From: Candidatus Altimarinota bacterium
GTDB taxonomy: Bacteria > Patescibacteriota > Gracilibacteria > UBA1369
Assembly (NCBI GenBank): GCA_963677745.1
Contig: OY782391.1
Coordinates: 320,001 to 384,000, forward strand
DNA length: 64,000 nt
Direction of reading: 5' to 3'
Below are positions 6,153-16,465 of the stretch, in pieces. A program made the translations under genes and the position numbers. The notes below the pieces were generated by a model. It did not search any database. It was not told the DNA's origin and worked only from the letters and a program-made list of their open reading frames with translations. Numbering within the stretch: the stretch's first letter is position 1; the number at the start of each line of letters is the position of its first letter.

Positions 6153-9100
6153 ATGATTCTCACTACCTCACCGCTGTCGGATCAATCAGAACAGGCGGAA
6201 CAATCAGACCTCCTGAAACCAAACACTACGCCCGATATCCCCGGGTTTACCGATGTTTATTCGCAACAAGCCAGGGAAAAGGCCTGGAAAAACGTCCTGG
6301 AAGTGGCCGGCACACTGACTCCCGGCAAAACCATGGCACTGATGGAAGACCGGTTCGCGCCATATTGCATCCCGCTGATCGGAACTTTCACAGCTGAGGA
6401 TATTGATCAAAAATTACCGGAATTTGCCCATCAAATCCTCCATGAGTTTCAGCATGAGCTGATTTTTTCTCTGCTGGACAACCGGTTGTATCAGTCCCAA
6501 AAAAACGGCTCTTGTTTTGTCTTATGGGCCAAGAACCTGCTGGAAAACACAGCTGTCCCCCCCACACTATACAAGAACTGGAAAGCCGGATTTCCGGATG
6601 ATTTCCAAACCAATCTGGTTATTTTTCTGCAATATCTGGAAGCCAGCCACATCAATTATGACCCCAATTATTTTATCGAAACGGTCAATCAGGTGGACCG
6701 GGATTTAAGTCCATATCTGACCAACCGTCTTCAGGGAGACAGCCTTTATCTAAAAGTCATGTCGGCCGCTGCTCTGCAAAGACAGGAGATAGAAAAAACC
6801 CAGGTGCTTTTTGGCAATAATGCCTGGGTCATGCACCCCTTTACCGATGTGATTTTGGAAATGATTCAGGCAGCCTACCCCGGGCAAAAACTGATGACCG
6901 GACACCCCCAGACCATCCTGGATTATCCGGAAGAAGTCCACCAGGCTTACCTGCGGGACATGGGCAGAATTTTCGACCGACATCCCGAATTGACCCGTCC
7001 CGCTGATATCCCCGTAAATGTGGCAGGTGACTTTGAAGATCCCCTGAGAATCGGCAAACAATATTGGGAAATCCTGGCCTCTACTCCCCTGCCTCCGGAA
7101 ATAATCAATAACCCGTCCACCGCCAAAAAATACATGAACCGTCAGGGATCGATTGAAAAAATCGGCAACAATGTCTTCCATCAGTGGGGAACTACGCTGG
7201 TAAAAAACCTGCCGGACAAACGTGCCGATGGCACCGTTATCAACTATACCAGCGACAAAAACATCAGGTTTTACACCGAATATCAGTCCAGGATGAGACA
7301 GCTTCCGCTGTTCCTGGGCATCGACGTGTTCCTTGATATGTACAGACATTGTACCGGCCTGAAGAAGACCCAGTTTTTCCGCGCTCAAGTAGCCCCGATT
7401 CTGGATTCAGACCCGTCGGGAGTCAGCCTTTACAAATTTTTTAACAATTACAACTGTGATCCGGATTTCCGCCGCGATTTGCTCGGACTCTTGAAACACA
7501 AGGAAAAGTATCTTGACCATTTCATTTCATTGGCCGGAAATGCCCGGATCCCCCGACTGGCTGCCTTTGCCATGAAAGTACTGGCCGATTATTGCGGCTC
7601 CAGCTTTCCCCCTCCAAATTCCGACGGTCTCCTGATACCGGTTGTGGAAAAAACAAATCCACGACTGAAAAATGTAATCAGAAAATTGTTTCCTGATGAA
7701 GAATCCCTTCATGACCAGGTACTGGCCGAAAATTTCATGGTATTCACTTATTTTGTTTACGCCAACAATTTCACCTATAGCCACAACCAGACATCCAACG
7801 GTATAACGAAAAACCCCATTCTCATGTCGAGCAGGGGTGAGGTAACTCCTTATCAGAAAGAACAACTGTATATCCGTCTCTTCACCACCATTCTGAACCG
7901 CAGGGAATTTTTGGATAAATTTATTCTGGAAGAACTGAGAACAAAAGGACTGACCTATCTGGCAGTTGGATTAAAAGAACGCCTGGCCGCCTTACCCGTC
8001 CTGGCCAGACAGAGCGAAGAACATCTGGGAACTATCCGGCTGCGACTGGCTTCTCCCAAAAGAGCCGGACAAGAAACTTTTGAACTTCTAAAAAAGATCG
8101 ACCGGTCCAATCAACCGGATTTCGATAAAAGTGAAAATTTCGTCCGGAACTGTCCTCCTGCTCCCTGCCCCCTGAATTGCGTAATTAGCGTCGACCTGAC
8201 CGGAAACCCCGGTGAAGACTTTTATGTCGTAATCGGCAACACCACTCCGCAAATTATCCCTCCGGTCGACTTTCCAATGCATCTGATCAGACCACGGCTG
8301 GTATCCGACGCAGTACTGCTGGAAAACATCACCCACAATCTGCCCGACGGAGAATCCGACAAAATCCCCGATGAAATAAAGGCAATTATTTACCGGCTTT
8401 TCATCTGTGCCGTCTACACCTACCTGCTGGAAAATCACAGTGATTTATTGGTACCTCCGTCCGACTCCACTCCACCGGCCATCCTGCCCGGAACTCCGGC
8501 CGCAGCCGCATTGCCTGACTCCGCCCAAGCAATTCCTCCCGTCCCGGACCGGCGGCGTCCCAAAAAGAAAGACGACAAGGACACGCTGCTGACTGTGGAT
8601 ATGCGTGATGACCAACAGGAGGAAAGAAGCCGTATGTCCACGCGCATCAACGCCAGACTTACCGAAAACCAGGAGAATCTGCTTAAATTCCTAAACGGCC
8701 AACTGCCTGCGGATGAACTCCCCAATCTGGTTGTACACCGCCAGCTGCCCGGCATGGAGGAAAAACAGTTCGTTTATCAAAGAATCAAACCGGAAGATCT
8801 GCCCGCCATGCTGGCCGCAGGAACACTGTTCGGACCTGATATTCATATTCTGGTTGGAACGCCCTACCTCTGCGCCCAGGGTTATCTGGGACAAAAAAAC
8901 CTGCCGCTCCGGCAAAGTATTTACCGCATCTCCCGCGACACCAGAACCCTCAATGCCGAAATGGCCTATTATGACTATTACCAAAAATCCGGACTGCCCG
9001 ATCTGGGACCACTACACAGCGTGGATGCCGTCTTGCGCCTGCGTGAAAACGCCGACCCCGGACAAAACGGCGACTGCGCCTCGATTAAATACAGCGATCA

Positions 9101-10217
9101 TCTGGGCAAAGAGCATGAAGTAGTGGGAAAAGTTTCCCGGCCCGATCCGGCCATCCATATCATGCAGAGACTGCAGAACGACGGCTATATGGATCATTGG
9201 ATACAATCACAAAAACGTGTACTGGAACAGGAAATACTCGCCGCCCAAAACGACACCCGCCTGACCGACGAACAGAAAAAGCTGGAAACCACCATTAGAA
9301 CAAAAGAGCTGGAAAGTCTGGAAGAACTTAAATTAAAGCTGCTCTACAACACCCGTCTGTTGCCCGACAAAATCCGCGGGGAAACAGGCTCCTCCATCCA
9401 GATCGGTTTGGGTTGGGTGGAAACAGATATTTCTTTTAACCAGGGAACTTATATCAGTATGGAAGAATTTCTGATCGCCCATGCCGACCAGTTCCCGCTG
9501 CTGACAGACTTTATTAAAATTCCTGCGGAATGTCCCGAGCAGAAACGGCCAAAAACCACACTGGAACTGGAAAAACAGGATATTATCCGTGAAATTCATT
9601 CTTTGGCCGAGCTGGTTACCTATCAGAAATACAAGGATATCTTCGGGCAGAAAACCGACGCCGCCAATGGCAACGGCAATGGTAATGGGAATGGAAACGG
9701 GAACGGACAAGCGGTAAAAAATTCGGCCGACAGCCGTCAGAAAACGATGCTGGCCTGCGAGGCCCATTTGTCGGCGCTCATCACACTTTACAAAGACCTC
9801 CAGCCGGTCATGGACCGGGTGCTGGTCGGCTCGAAAAGTTTTGATCTGCTGACCATCCGCGGCGACCAGGCTTTCCTGTGGGAGGTAAAAAGCATTAATA
9901 CCGGCGACCGCAACGAAGATAAACAATTGCGCGCCGCCCTCGGCCAGCTGCCTGAATATCAGTTCTTCGGCATCGAAAACCGTCCGGAAATAAATTCGGG
10001 AATCACCACCGTCACCAAGGCCGTTTTACTTAGTGAAAAACCCCAAATGCTCAGTAATGGCAGCAACCAGACCGCCCAAAATTACCTGAAGTTTCTGGAA
10101 AACCAGCTGGGCATATTCACTTTTTGGCTGGAGGAAGGCCGCCTAAACGGATCACCCGCGGCCATGGAAAAGCTGAAAAATTTTCTACTGCCTGACCAAT
10201 CCGCCCCACCCGAATGA
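6153..10217 (+). CDS. Large hypothetical protein with C-terminal PD-(D/E)XK endonuclease-like domain
   Basis: 1354-aa ORF; FDLL...LWEVKS...QLRAALGQLPEY near the C terminus, after an (NG)7 linker. Confidence 0.8.
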   Translation: MILTTSPLSDQSEQAEQSDLLKPNTTPDIPGFTDVYSQQAREKAWKNVLEVAGTLTPGKTMALMEDRFAPYCIPLIGTFTAEDIDQKLPEFAHQILHEFQHELIFSLLDNRLYQSQKNGSCFVLWAKNLLENTAVPPTLYKNWKAGFPDDFQTNLVIFLQYLEASHINYDPNYFIETVNQVDRDLSPYLTNRLQGDSLYLKVMSAAALQRQEIEKTQVLFGNNAWVMHPFTDVILEMIQAAYPGQKLMTGHPQTILDYPEEVHQAYLRDMGRIFDRHPELTRPADIPVNVAGDFEDPLRIGKQYWEILASTPLPPEIINNPSTAKKYMNRQGSIEKIGNNVFHQWGTTLVKNLPDKRADGTVINYTSDKNIRFYTEYQSRMRQLPLFLGIDVFLDMYRHCTGLKKTQFFRAQVAPILDSDPSGVSLYKFFNNYNCDPDFRRDLLGLLKHKEKYLDHFISLAGNARIPRLAAFAMKVLADYCGSSFPPPNSDGLLIPVVEKTNPRLKNVIRKLFPDEESLHDQVLAENFMVFTYFVYANNFTYSHNQTSNGITKNPILMSSRGEVTPYQKEQLYIRLFTTILNRREFLDKFILEELRTKGLTYLAVGLKERLAALPVLARQSEEHLGTIRLRLASPKRAGQETFELLKKIDRSNQPDFDKSENFVRNCPPAPCPLNCVISVDLTGNPGEDFYVVIGNTTPQIIPPVDFPMHLIRPRLVSDAVLLENITHNLPDGESDKIPDEIKAIIYRLFICAVYTYLLENHSDLLVPPSDSTPPAILPGTPAAAALPDSAQAIPPVPDRRRPKKKDDKDTLLTVDMRDDQQEERSRMSTRINARLTENQENLLKFLNGQLPADELPNLVVHRQLPGMEEKQFVYQRIKPEDLPAMLAAGTLFGPDIHILVGTPYLCAQGYLGQKNLPLRQSIYRISRDTRTLNAEMAYYDYYQKSGLPDLGPLHSVDAVLRLRENADPGQNGDCASIKYSDHLGKEHEVVGKVSRPDPAIHIMQRLQNDGYMDHWIQSQKRVLEQEILAAQNDTRLTDEQKKLETTIRTKELESLEELKLKLLYNTRLLPDKIRGETGSSIQIGLGWVETDISFNQGTYISMEEFLIAHADQFPLLTDFIKIPAECPEQKRPKTTLELEKQDIIREIHSLAELVTYQKYKDIFGQKTDAANGNGNGNGNGNGNGQAVKNSADSRQKTMLACEAHLSALITLYKDLQPVMDRVLVGSKSFDLLTIRGDQAFLWEVKSINTGDRNEDKQLRAALGQLPEYQFFGIENRPEINSGITTVTKAVLLSEKPQMLSNGSNQTAQNYLKFLENQLGIFTFWLEEGRLNGSPAAMEKLKNFLLPDQSAPPE

Positions 10218-10254
10218 TCCCCCTCCTCCGAACCTCTCCCGTCAGAAAACGTTT

Positions 10255-10287
10255 AAAAAGAGCCCGGCGGTTACGCCGGGCTTTTTT
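10255..10287. terminator. Bidirectional intrinsic terminator
   Basis: AAAAAG-AGCCCGGCG-GTTA-CGCCGGGCT-TTTTT between convergent genes. Confidence 0.9.
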
Positions 10288-10301
10288 CATATTTATAATT
10301 C

Positions 10302-13300
10302 CTAACTTGTTTCACCAACCACAATCATCTTGGCCGATTCGGCGCGTGTGACATTATTGGCCGGACCGCAGACACCGGTCGGATTGCCGCTGGCATCTTT
10401 ATATCCGCCGACAATTCCATGGGCTAAAGCAAAATTGAAATACGGAGCATACCATTCCGACTGAATCACATCGGTACAAGCGTTGTTGGCAGCCGCAGCA
10501 GCAACCTGTTCAGGGGTAACCCAGGTCAGCAAAATCATTTTGAGTGCCTCACTGCGAGTGGCATTGGCGGTAAGTTTGAAAGTACCATCGGTATAACCTC
10601 TGACAATTCCAAGCTCCTTGGCCTTGGCAATATAAGCCGCAGCCCAATGACCGGCAGGGACATCGCGGTATGGAGACACCGTAACCGCAGGAAGTACTCC
10701 ATATTTTACTTTCATCAACAAAACAATCAGTTCGGCACGCGTAATCCGATTTTCGGGTTTAAACTGATGAGTCGCATTGCCGCTGGCATCGGTATATCCA
10801 TCCACACCGGCCTGATGCAGTTCATTGATAAATGTCTCCGCCCAGTGACCGGCAACATCGTTAAAGAAAGCTGTTTCACCGGTAGTTTCCGTAGTCGTGT
10901 CGGTGGCAGTAGTGTCATTAACATTGTTTCCGGTGGTACCGGTACAGTTGGTACCGCTGCAGGACGCACGACCAAAGGCCGCCGACCCACCACCTCCGCC
11001 TCCACCTCCGCCGCCTCCGCCGGCACTGACAACCGTAAAGGCGAAGCTGTTGGTACCTGATAAAGCATTACCGGCCAAATCCTTGGCGGTGGTCAAAGTA
11101 ATAGTCACGGCAGATCCGGCCGTCCAGGCGACCGCATGGGTCAGCGTTACCGTCTTATTGGCATTGGACCATACCGGAGCAGCATAAACCTTACCGGTAC
11201 TGTCGGTGAAAGCAAAAGTAGCCGTATCGATAGCTTCACTGAAATTGATAACTACCGTTCCCGCCTGAGGCACACTCACGGCCCCATTGGCCGGTGCGCT
11301 GGAGGACATTGTGGGAGGAGTATTGTCTGCATCATATTCACTGAAACCGGTAACATCATACGTAAGAGTCTGAGCCAGGGCACTCCAAACGAAATTGGAA
11401 ACCGTACCATGCCCGCCGCTCAGCACATAGGAATCCAGCGGACCGGCAGTATTGGGAATATTTTCAATCACAGCACCCAGATCATCTTTCACCGTTAAAG
11501 CGGGTTGCACTGCCGTAGGCATACGCATCATCAGAGTGGCTCCATAGTCCAGAGCGTAAAGAGCCGAGCTGTCCACTCTCATCACAGTATTGGAAATTGT
11601 CACGTTGGTACCGAAAGCCGACAGCGCATTTACCGTCCCCATATCAGTCAGATTGACCGGATCGGTAAAGGTAAGTCTGCCATAATCATTCACACCATCA
11701 TTGGCATTGAAAGATAGTCCGACAATATTGGTGAAATCGATAATATCGGAAAAATCAGTCGTAAAAGCATTATTCAGATAGGTAAACGCCGGATCAAATT
11801 TCGGATTCACGTTGAATACCCCGACAAATGTGTCTGAGAGATTGCTTTCAGTAATATTCCCCGCATCATCAATTAACTGGAAATTCATCACGTAACCAGT
11901 CTGCTGGGAAGGCCAAGCTGAAAGATTGGCCAGGTCAAAATCAGAAGTTGAGGAAGTGGGGCTACCCACCGTCATAGGATCAGCTTTGGCAGGATTGGCA
12001 AAATCCCCGGTATTGCAAAGACTGTTCGGGGAATCATCTTCCATGGAAGTAAAACAGAGATTTACAGCCGCCAGAGGATTACCATCAACCTCAACGATAT
12101 TATTCACCTGCACTCTCACATGATCCTCTGCCGGACTGTCATAGTAATACCAAAGGTTGGTAGGCCAAGTGGTTGCCGCACCGGCCTGGGTGAGTGCCAC
12201 GACCGGAGTAAGCACAGTAAAGAGAGGTTTAATAGTATCAATCGTATAGTTGTTGGTGCCGGCGGTTGTCGTTACATTTCCCGCATCGTCAGTGACAGTC
12301 ACGGTAACGTTGTTGTTAATATCGTCCTGTGAGGTTAAAGCCAGAAAACTCGTATAAGTACTGGCACCGGGAAACGATCCGTTGCCTGCCGCAGGACTTC
12401 CCGAACCATCAAGATCCACAGTATTAAAATCGACCGAAGCAATATCATCATTGGCACCACTCAGATAATCAGCGCAACCTGCTGTGTTATCCCAGGTTGG
12501 CGTGGCAAAATCGCCATTGTTGAAAGCTCCACCCGTTCCATGCGCACCCGCAACAGAAATACAAGCAGTCGTCACAACCGGAGCCTGCGTATCAATATTA
12601 AATACGGCCGGAACACTCGGACCTTCCACGTTACCCGGTACATCCGTAGCCAAAGAACTTTCGACAGTAACCCCCACACTCTCCTCGTCAACATCGGTCA
12701 AATCAAAAGTTTCATACCAGATATTGGGACTGTTCCATAAACCATTGGTAATACCATCAGCATTGGACACAAAAGCCCCTACATTTCCGGCAAAAGTAAT
12801 CGTAGGAGTTGAAAGCGGATCCATCGGTTCGCTATAAATAACCGTAGCATCCTGTAACAAAGTTGTGTCATTGAGCAATACCGATCCACGATAGACATTT
12901 GCGATAGGAGCAGCCTCGTCATCAACAGTTGCAGCCACCCAATCCTGCGGCTGATTACTATTTACATCAATTACATTACCCAAATTAGTAAAACTCAAAG
13001 TGGGCGATACCGCACCACCGGTTTTGCCCGCATCGGCAGACACATCCAATCGCACATCAGACCCGACTGCCACACCAGCATAAGCATTGGTTATATTGAC
13101 ACTGCCCGGATTGGGAAAAGACCATTCCCCTCCGCCAATACCCGACATGTTTACAGGCTCGGTAAAACTGACATCAACGCGGTCTACCGTACCGTCGGAA
13201 GTTATATCTTTATAGTCATAATCAATCGGCACCGGATTCGCATAATCAAACATACCGGTAATGGTAAAATCGGCGGAATTATTAGGATGAGCACTGGAAT

Positions 13301-14807
13301 CAACAATGTTATTGCCCGCGGTAAAACTCAAGTCCGGTTCTGTTCCGGCAATACCTACTCCGGTAATATCCGCATTGGCAGTAGCATCCAAAGACACTTG
13401 ATCCTGATTTGTACAGCTACTACAACCGGTAACATCAAAACCTGTCAGATCATTTGGTGTCGCCGCCCAGTCAGTATCCTGATAGACATATGTCACTCGT
13501 TCGGAAAAAACCACCCCGACATAATCAACCTGTCCATCATTATCAGTATCAACATAATGTGCCCCAAGCATAATCGGAAGAGCAAAATCCGTAGCGGCAG
13601 TGGCCCCCCCCTCAATGGCAATGCGATTTCCTGCTGCATCTCCTAAACTCCCGTTGGCAGTAATCTGTACCGTGGGTGTAGCAGCAGAGTCACAACCACT
13701 ATTATTGACACGAACACATGAACCGGGATTTTCCAATAATTGAACCAGAAATTGATCATCGTTGGCCACTCCGGCGGTATCATAACCGGTAACCGTATAG
13801 CCCGGCACAGTTACTGTCAGCGTGGAAAAATTATCATTTAAATTTTGCGAGGCAAACATTCTGATCGCATCAATTTTACCATTGGCATCCTGATCTTCCG
13901 TATGCCGGGCCACAATCGTCGGGGTGATTGTATCAACGGCAAGCCCTTCTCCACCACCCAAATTATCATTAACCTGATCATTACCATGAACATCGCGGGC
14001 ACCAATAATACTATTTGCTAAAAGAGTTACTTCCTCATTGACATCGGCTACTGTAAAAAACGCCCGATAGGTGTTTTGGTCCATCCAATATGATGAACCT
14101 GTATTAGTCAGAGTACCTGAAGTAATGATGTTTGGAGTAAAACCAAAGACTGGAGGTAGCGGGCTCATATTATCCTCACTACCGGTAATCGGATTCGTAA
14201 AATCAACCGTGATATGAAATGTATCAACACCGACCAGTGCATCATTAATTAAAGTAGTACTCAAAGCAGACGGCACCACATCTGACACCGGAGCGGCTGT
14301 ATCCACCAATTCCGCCATATTGTTACTGAACCCAGACGCTGCGGCCGGATCATCGGAATCCGAAGCCGTTATCATAACTTTAGAAGACGGACTTCCGCCA
14401 GCCACATCAATTCCGCTGGCACCGGCATCGGCAATCATAAAAGTTGTTTCCCAAAGATCATTGACACCATTATTACAGGTATCCACCGCCAAAGCCTGCA
14501 TGAATGAACCTCCATAAGTTGTTAAATCAACAGTTACCGTTGGAACTGCAGTAGTACAATCACCATTTGCCACATTATCGGTATTGCTGATGTCCGCATC
14601 GATTTCTATGGTATCACCGATATTGGCAAAGGTATTTCCATCGGCATCAGTTAACAAAGTTAAGGAAACACTATTGACAGTGATACTCCCCGGTGCCGCC
14701 CTGGCCACCTCAATTCCGGTTGCATTTAAAACCAGACTGGCTGCCAGAACAATCAGTGAAAAAGGCACTAACGGTGTTCGCCGAAAGTGTCGGTGAAATA
14801 TTTTCAT
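10302..14807 (-). CDS. Large secreted S-layer-homology surface protein with Ig-like (Big) repeats
   Basis: Signal peptide; Thr/Asp/Val-rich beta repeats with D-x-D-x-N/D-G-x-I/V-D motifs; Big_5-like PTMSSSAPANGA..FSEAID; poly-Gly linker; three SLH repeats (FNDVAGHWA..ITRAE, YRDVPAGHWA..ATRSE, CTDV..WY..VTRAE). Confidence 0.9.
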   Translation of the reverse strand: MKIFHRHFRRTPLVPFSLIVLAASLVLNATGIEVARAAPGSITVNSVSLTLLTDADGNTFANIGDTIEIDADISNTDNVANGDCTTAVPTVTVDLTTYGGSFMQALAVDTCNNGVNDLWETTFMIADAGASGIDVAGGSPSSKVMITASDSDDPAAASGFSNNMAELVDTAAPVSDVVPSALSTTLINDALVGVDTFHITVDFTNPITGSEDNMSPLPPVFGFTPNIITSGTLTNTGSSYWMDQNTYRAFFTVADVNEEVTLLANSIIGARDVHGNDQVNDNLGGGEGLAVDTITPTIVARHTEDQDANGKIDAIRMFASQNLNDNFSTLTVTVPGYTVTGYDTAGVANDDQFLVQLLENPGSCVRVNNSGCDSAATPTVQITANGSLGDAAGNRIAIEGGATAATDFALPIMLGAHYVDTDNDGQVDYVGVVFSERVTYVYQDTDWAATPNDLTGFDVTGCSSCTNQDQVSLDATANADITGVGIAGTEPDLSFTAGNNIVDSSAHPNNSADFTITGMFDYANPVPIDYDYKDITSDGTVDRVDVSFTEPVNMSGIGGGEWSFPNPGSVNITNAYAGVAVGSDVRLDVSADAGKTGGAVSPTLSFTNLGNVIDVNSNQPQDWVAATVDDEAAPIANVYRGSVLLNDTTLLQDATVIYSEPMDPLSTPTITFAGNVGAFVSNADGITNGLWNSPNIWYETFDLTDVDEESVGVTVESSLATDVPGNVEGPSVPAVFNIDTQAPVVTTACISVAGAHGTGGAFNNGDFATPTWDNTAGCADYLSGANDDIASVDFNTVDLDGSGSPAAGNGSFPGASTYTSFLALTSQDDINNNVTVTVTDDAGNVTTTAGTNNYTIDTIKPLFTVLTPVVALTQAGAATTWPTNLWYYYDSPAEDHVRVQVNNIVEVDGNPLAAVNLCFTSMEDDSPNSLCNTGDFANPAKADPMTVGSPTSSTSDFDLANLSAWPSQQTGYVMNFQLIDDAGNITESNLSDTFVGVFNVNPKFDPAFTYLNNAFTTDFSDIIDFTNIVGLSFNANDGVNDYGRLTFTDPVNLTDMGTVNALSAFGTNVTISNTVMRVDSSALYALDYGATLMMRMPTAVQPALTVKDDLGAVIENIPNTAGPLDSYVLSGGHGTVSNFVWSALAQTLTYDVTGFSEYDADNTPPTMSSSAPANGAVSVPQAGTVVINFSEAIDTATFAFTDSTGKVYAAPVWSNANKTVTLTHAVAWTAGSAVTITLTTAKDLAGNALSGTNSFAFTVVSAGGGGGGGGGGGGSAAFGRASCSGTNCTGTTGNNVNDTTATDTTTETTGETAFFNDVAGHWAETFINELHQAGVDGYTDASGNATHQFKPENRITRAELIVLLMKVKYGVLPAVTVSPYRDVPAGHWAAAYIAKAKELGIVRGYTDGTFKLTANATRSEALKMILLTWVTPEQVAAAAANNACTDVIQSEWYAPYFNFALAHGIVGGYKDASGNPTGVCGPANNVTRAESAKMIVVGETS

Positions 14808-14926
14808 AATTAAAAATTAAACTTTACTGCAAAAGAAAATACATCTTTATTACAAAATGTTCTTTAAAAATGCTTGCCCAATTTCCGTTTTAAAGCGTGC
14901 CTCCGATTAATCCGGTCCACCACAAT

Positions 14927-14959
14927 AAAAAGAAGCCATCCTTGCGGATGGCTTCTTTT
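14927..14959. terminator. Intrinsic terminator ending the large minus-strand RNA
   Basis: AAAAGAAGCCATCC-TTGC-GGATGGCTTCTTTT perfect 14-bp stem (GCAA loop on the minus strand). Confidence 0.9.
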
Positions 14960-15516
14960 GTACCTAACTAAAACCTTACTCTGTCCCCTAAGATTTTTTA
15001 AGATTGTTCACAAAGTTGAATACAAGATAAGTTATATCTGGCTTTACAAGTGTATTTCCCTTGAAGCGACCCGACTTGCGTCAAGCGACCCAAGCTTAAT
15101 TGGTGATATTCAGACACGAACCTTGGTAAAGACTTTCTTCACCAGTATTTCATATAGATGATCTTACCTTGAACAGCGTTACCACTATTCTCGTTCAATC
15201 ACAGAATGTTTTCTTCCTTTCCTGTCTTTCGATAAGAAGGATCGTTAACACCCTCATAGAACCAACCAGTTCAAACACATTTCTTTTTTATTCATCCTTC
15301 GGGACTCCCCGAGAACGACATAAAAAAGGAACAATCCCTATTGAGCGTCCCTCATAACCCCTTTCGAAGTTACTTAAGCGAGCAAGACCGAAGTCTTACT
15401 TTAACAACAGGTTTTCTTAGAGAACCTACCCACTTTCGTGAGGAGGAAAGTTTATAGGAAGGGCCGAAAAACCATTTTATGGTCTCTCAACTCTTCCTAA
15501 AAGCTTTTTTTTGTGA
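14960..15516 (-). ncRNA. Large (~560 nt) highly structured non-coding RNA, family unassigned (ROOL/GOLLD/OLE-type candidate)
   Basis: No minus-strand ORF of 60 aa or more; many hairpins with GAAA, GCAA, GUAA and UUCG tetraloops and G-U pairs on the minus strand; flanked by promoter, boxA and terminator. Confidence 0.75.
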
Positions 15517-15527
15517 TGTCAAAGAAC
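15517..15527 (-). promoter_or_regulatory. boxA antitermination-like element
   Basis: GTTCTTTGACA on the minus strand ~20-30 nt after the predicted TSS; resembles rrn boxA. Confidence 0.6.
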
Positions 15528-15552
15528 GGTTTCTCTTTTCAGTCTTCATATC

Positions 15553-15581
15553 ATTATACTACCGACAAACTAATATTGCAA
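15553..15581 (-). promoter_or_regulatory. Near-consensus sigma70 promoter for the large RNA
   Basis: TTGCAA-17 nt-TATAAT on the minus strand. Confidence 0.8.
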
Positions 15582-15667
15582 GAATAATCTTTTATCGTCT
15601 GCCTACTTACGATAAGATTTTGAACGAATGGTTTCTGTTATAAGATAGCAGTCGTAATCACCACCGT

Positions 15668-16465
15668 ATGAATAAACATTTCCGACTTAAATCCATAGTG
15701 GGCCGCGGTGCCCAGAATATAGTCGGCAGACTGGAAGATGACGACCGGCTGATCAAATTCCCCCACTGGACCGGTGCCAGATGGGACAAAAGCAGCGCGA
15801 AAAGCATCCTCGGCGATCTGGGAATTCATCTCCGCCGGAGCAATCCCATTCCGGAAACCAGCGTTGTGACCGAGCCTACCATTGATTTCGGCAGAAAAAT
15901 CATCAAACCGCCCTTTGCCGTGCTGGCCGAGGAAATCAGGGGAAAAGCACTGCGTGAAGCCGATCTGGTTAATCCGGACATCAAAGACCAGTTCAGTACC
16001 CTCATCAAAACCTCTCTGGCCATCCGGGAAGAAACCGGCTCCGGCGTGGACTTCATGGGCTTTGAATCAATCGGACATCTTTTTGAATATTTCCTGGGCA
16101 AAATTTCCGCTGACCAATTGGCAGCCTGTAATATTTTGATCGATTCCCGGGGACAAATTAAATTGATCGACACCAGTCTGCTTTCACCGGCCCGCGCCCC
16201 CTTCGGAGTGGGCTGGGCCATCGATTTCCTGATCGACGTACAGCACGGTTTGATGGCTGAAGTCCTGCAGGACCAAGAGCTGCTGGGTAAATGCAGCACA
16301 GACAACCACTCCCGGCTGATGACAAAACTGGCGGAAAAAGTTTATCAGTTGTCGCGCAGCCAAGATCCAGAAAAATTACCGGATCTCAGATCACCCCGTC
16401 ACCAAAATTTATTAAATGCCAACCATGCCCTCCCCCTTCACGGCCTACATCCTGGAGTGCAGTGA
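15668..16465 (+). CDS. Atypical protein-kinase-like fold protein
   Basis: IVGRGAQNIV Gly-loop, LIKFP lysine, NILID...IKLIDT. Confidence 0.6.
   Translation: MNKHFRLKSIVGRGAQNIVGRLEDDDRLIKFPHWTGARWDKSSAKSILGDLGIHLRRSNPIPETSVVTEPTIDFGRKIIKPPFAVLAEEIRGKALREADLVNPDIKDQFSTLIKTSLAIREETGSGVDFMGFESIGHLFEYFLGKISADQLAACNILIDSRGQIKLIDTSLLSPARAPFGVGWAIDFLIDVQHGLMAEVLQDQELLGKCSTDNHSRLMTKLAEKVYQLSRSQDPEKLPDLRSPRHQNLLNANHALPLHGLHPGVQ

Noticed and set aside
14874-15357. Plus-strand ORFs of 95 and 62 aa inside the large RNA region
   Set aside because: TTG starts and no motifs; promoter, boxA and tetraloop polarity all point to a minus-strand RNA.
14960-15516. RNase P RNA, tmRNA or rRNA fragment
   Set aside because: No GAGGAAAGUCC...AACAGAA P4 pair on the transcribed strand, no tRNA-like ends and no rRNA signature recognised; the plus-strand GAGGAAAGTT at 15443 lacks the remaining RNase P motifs.
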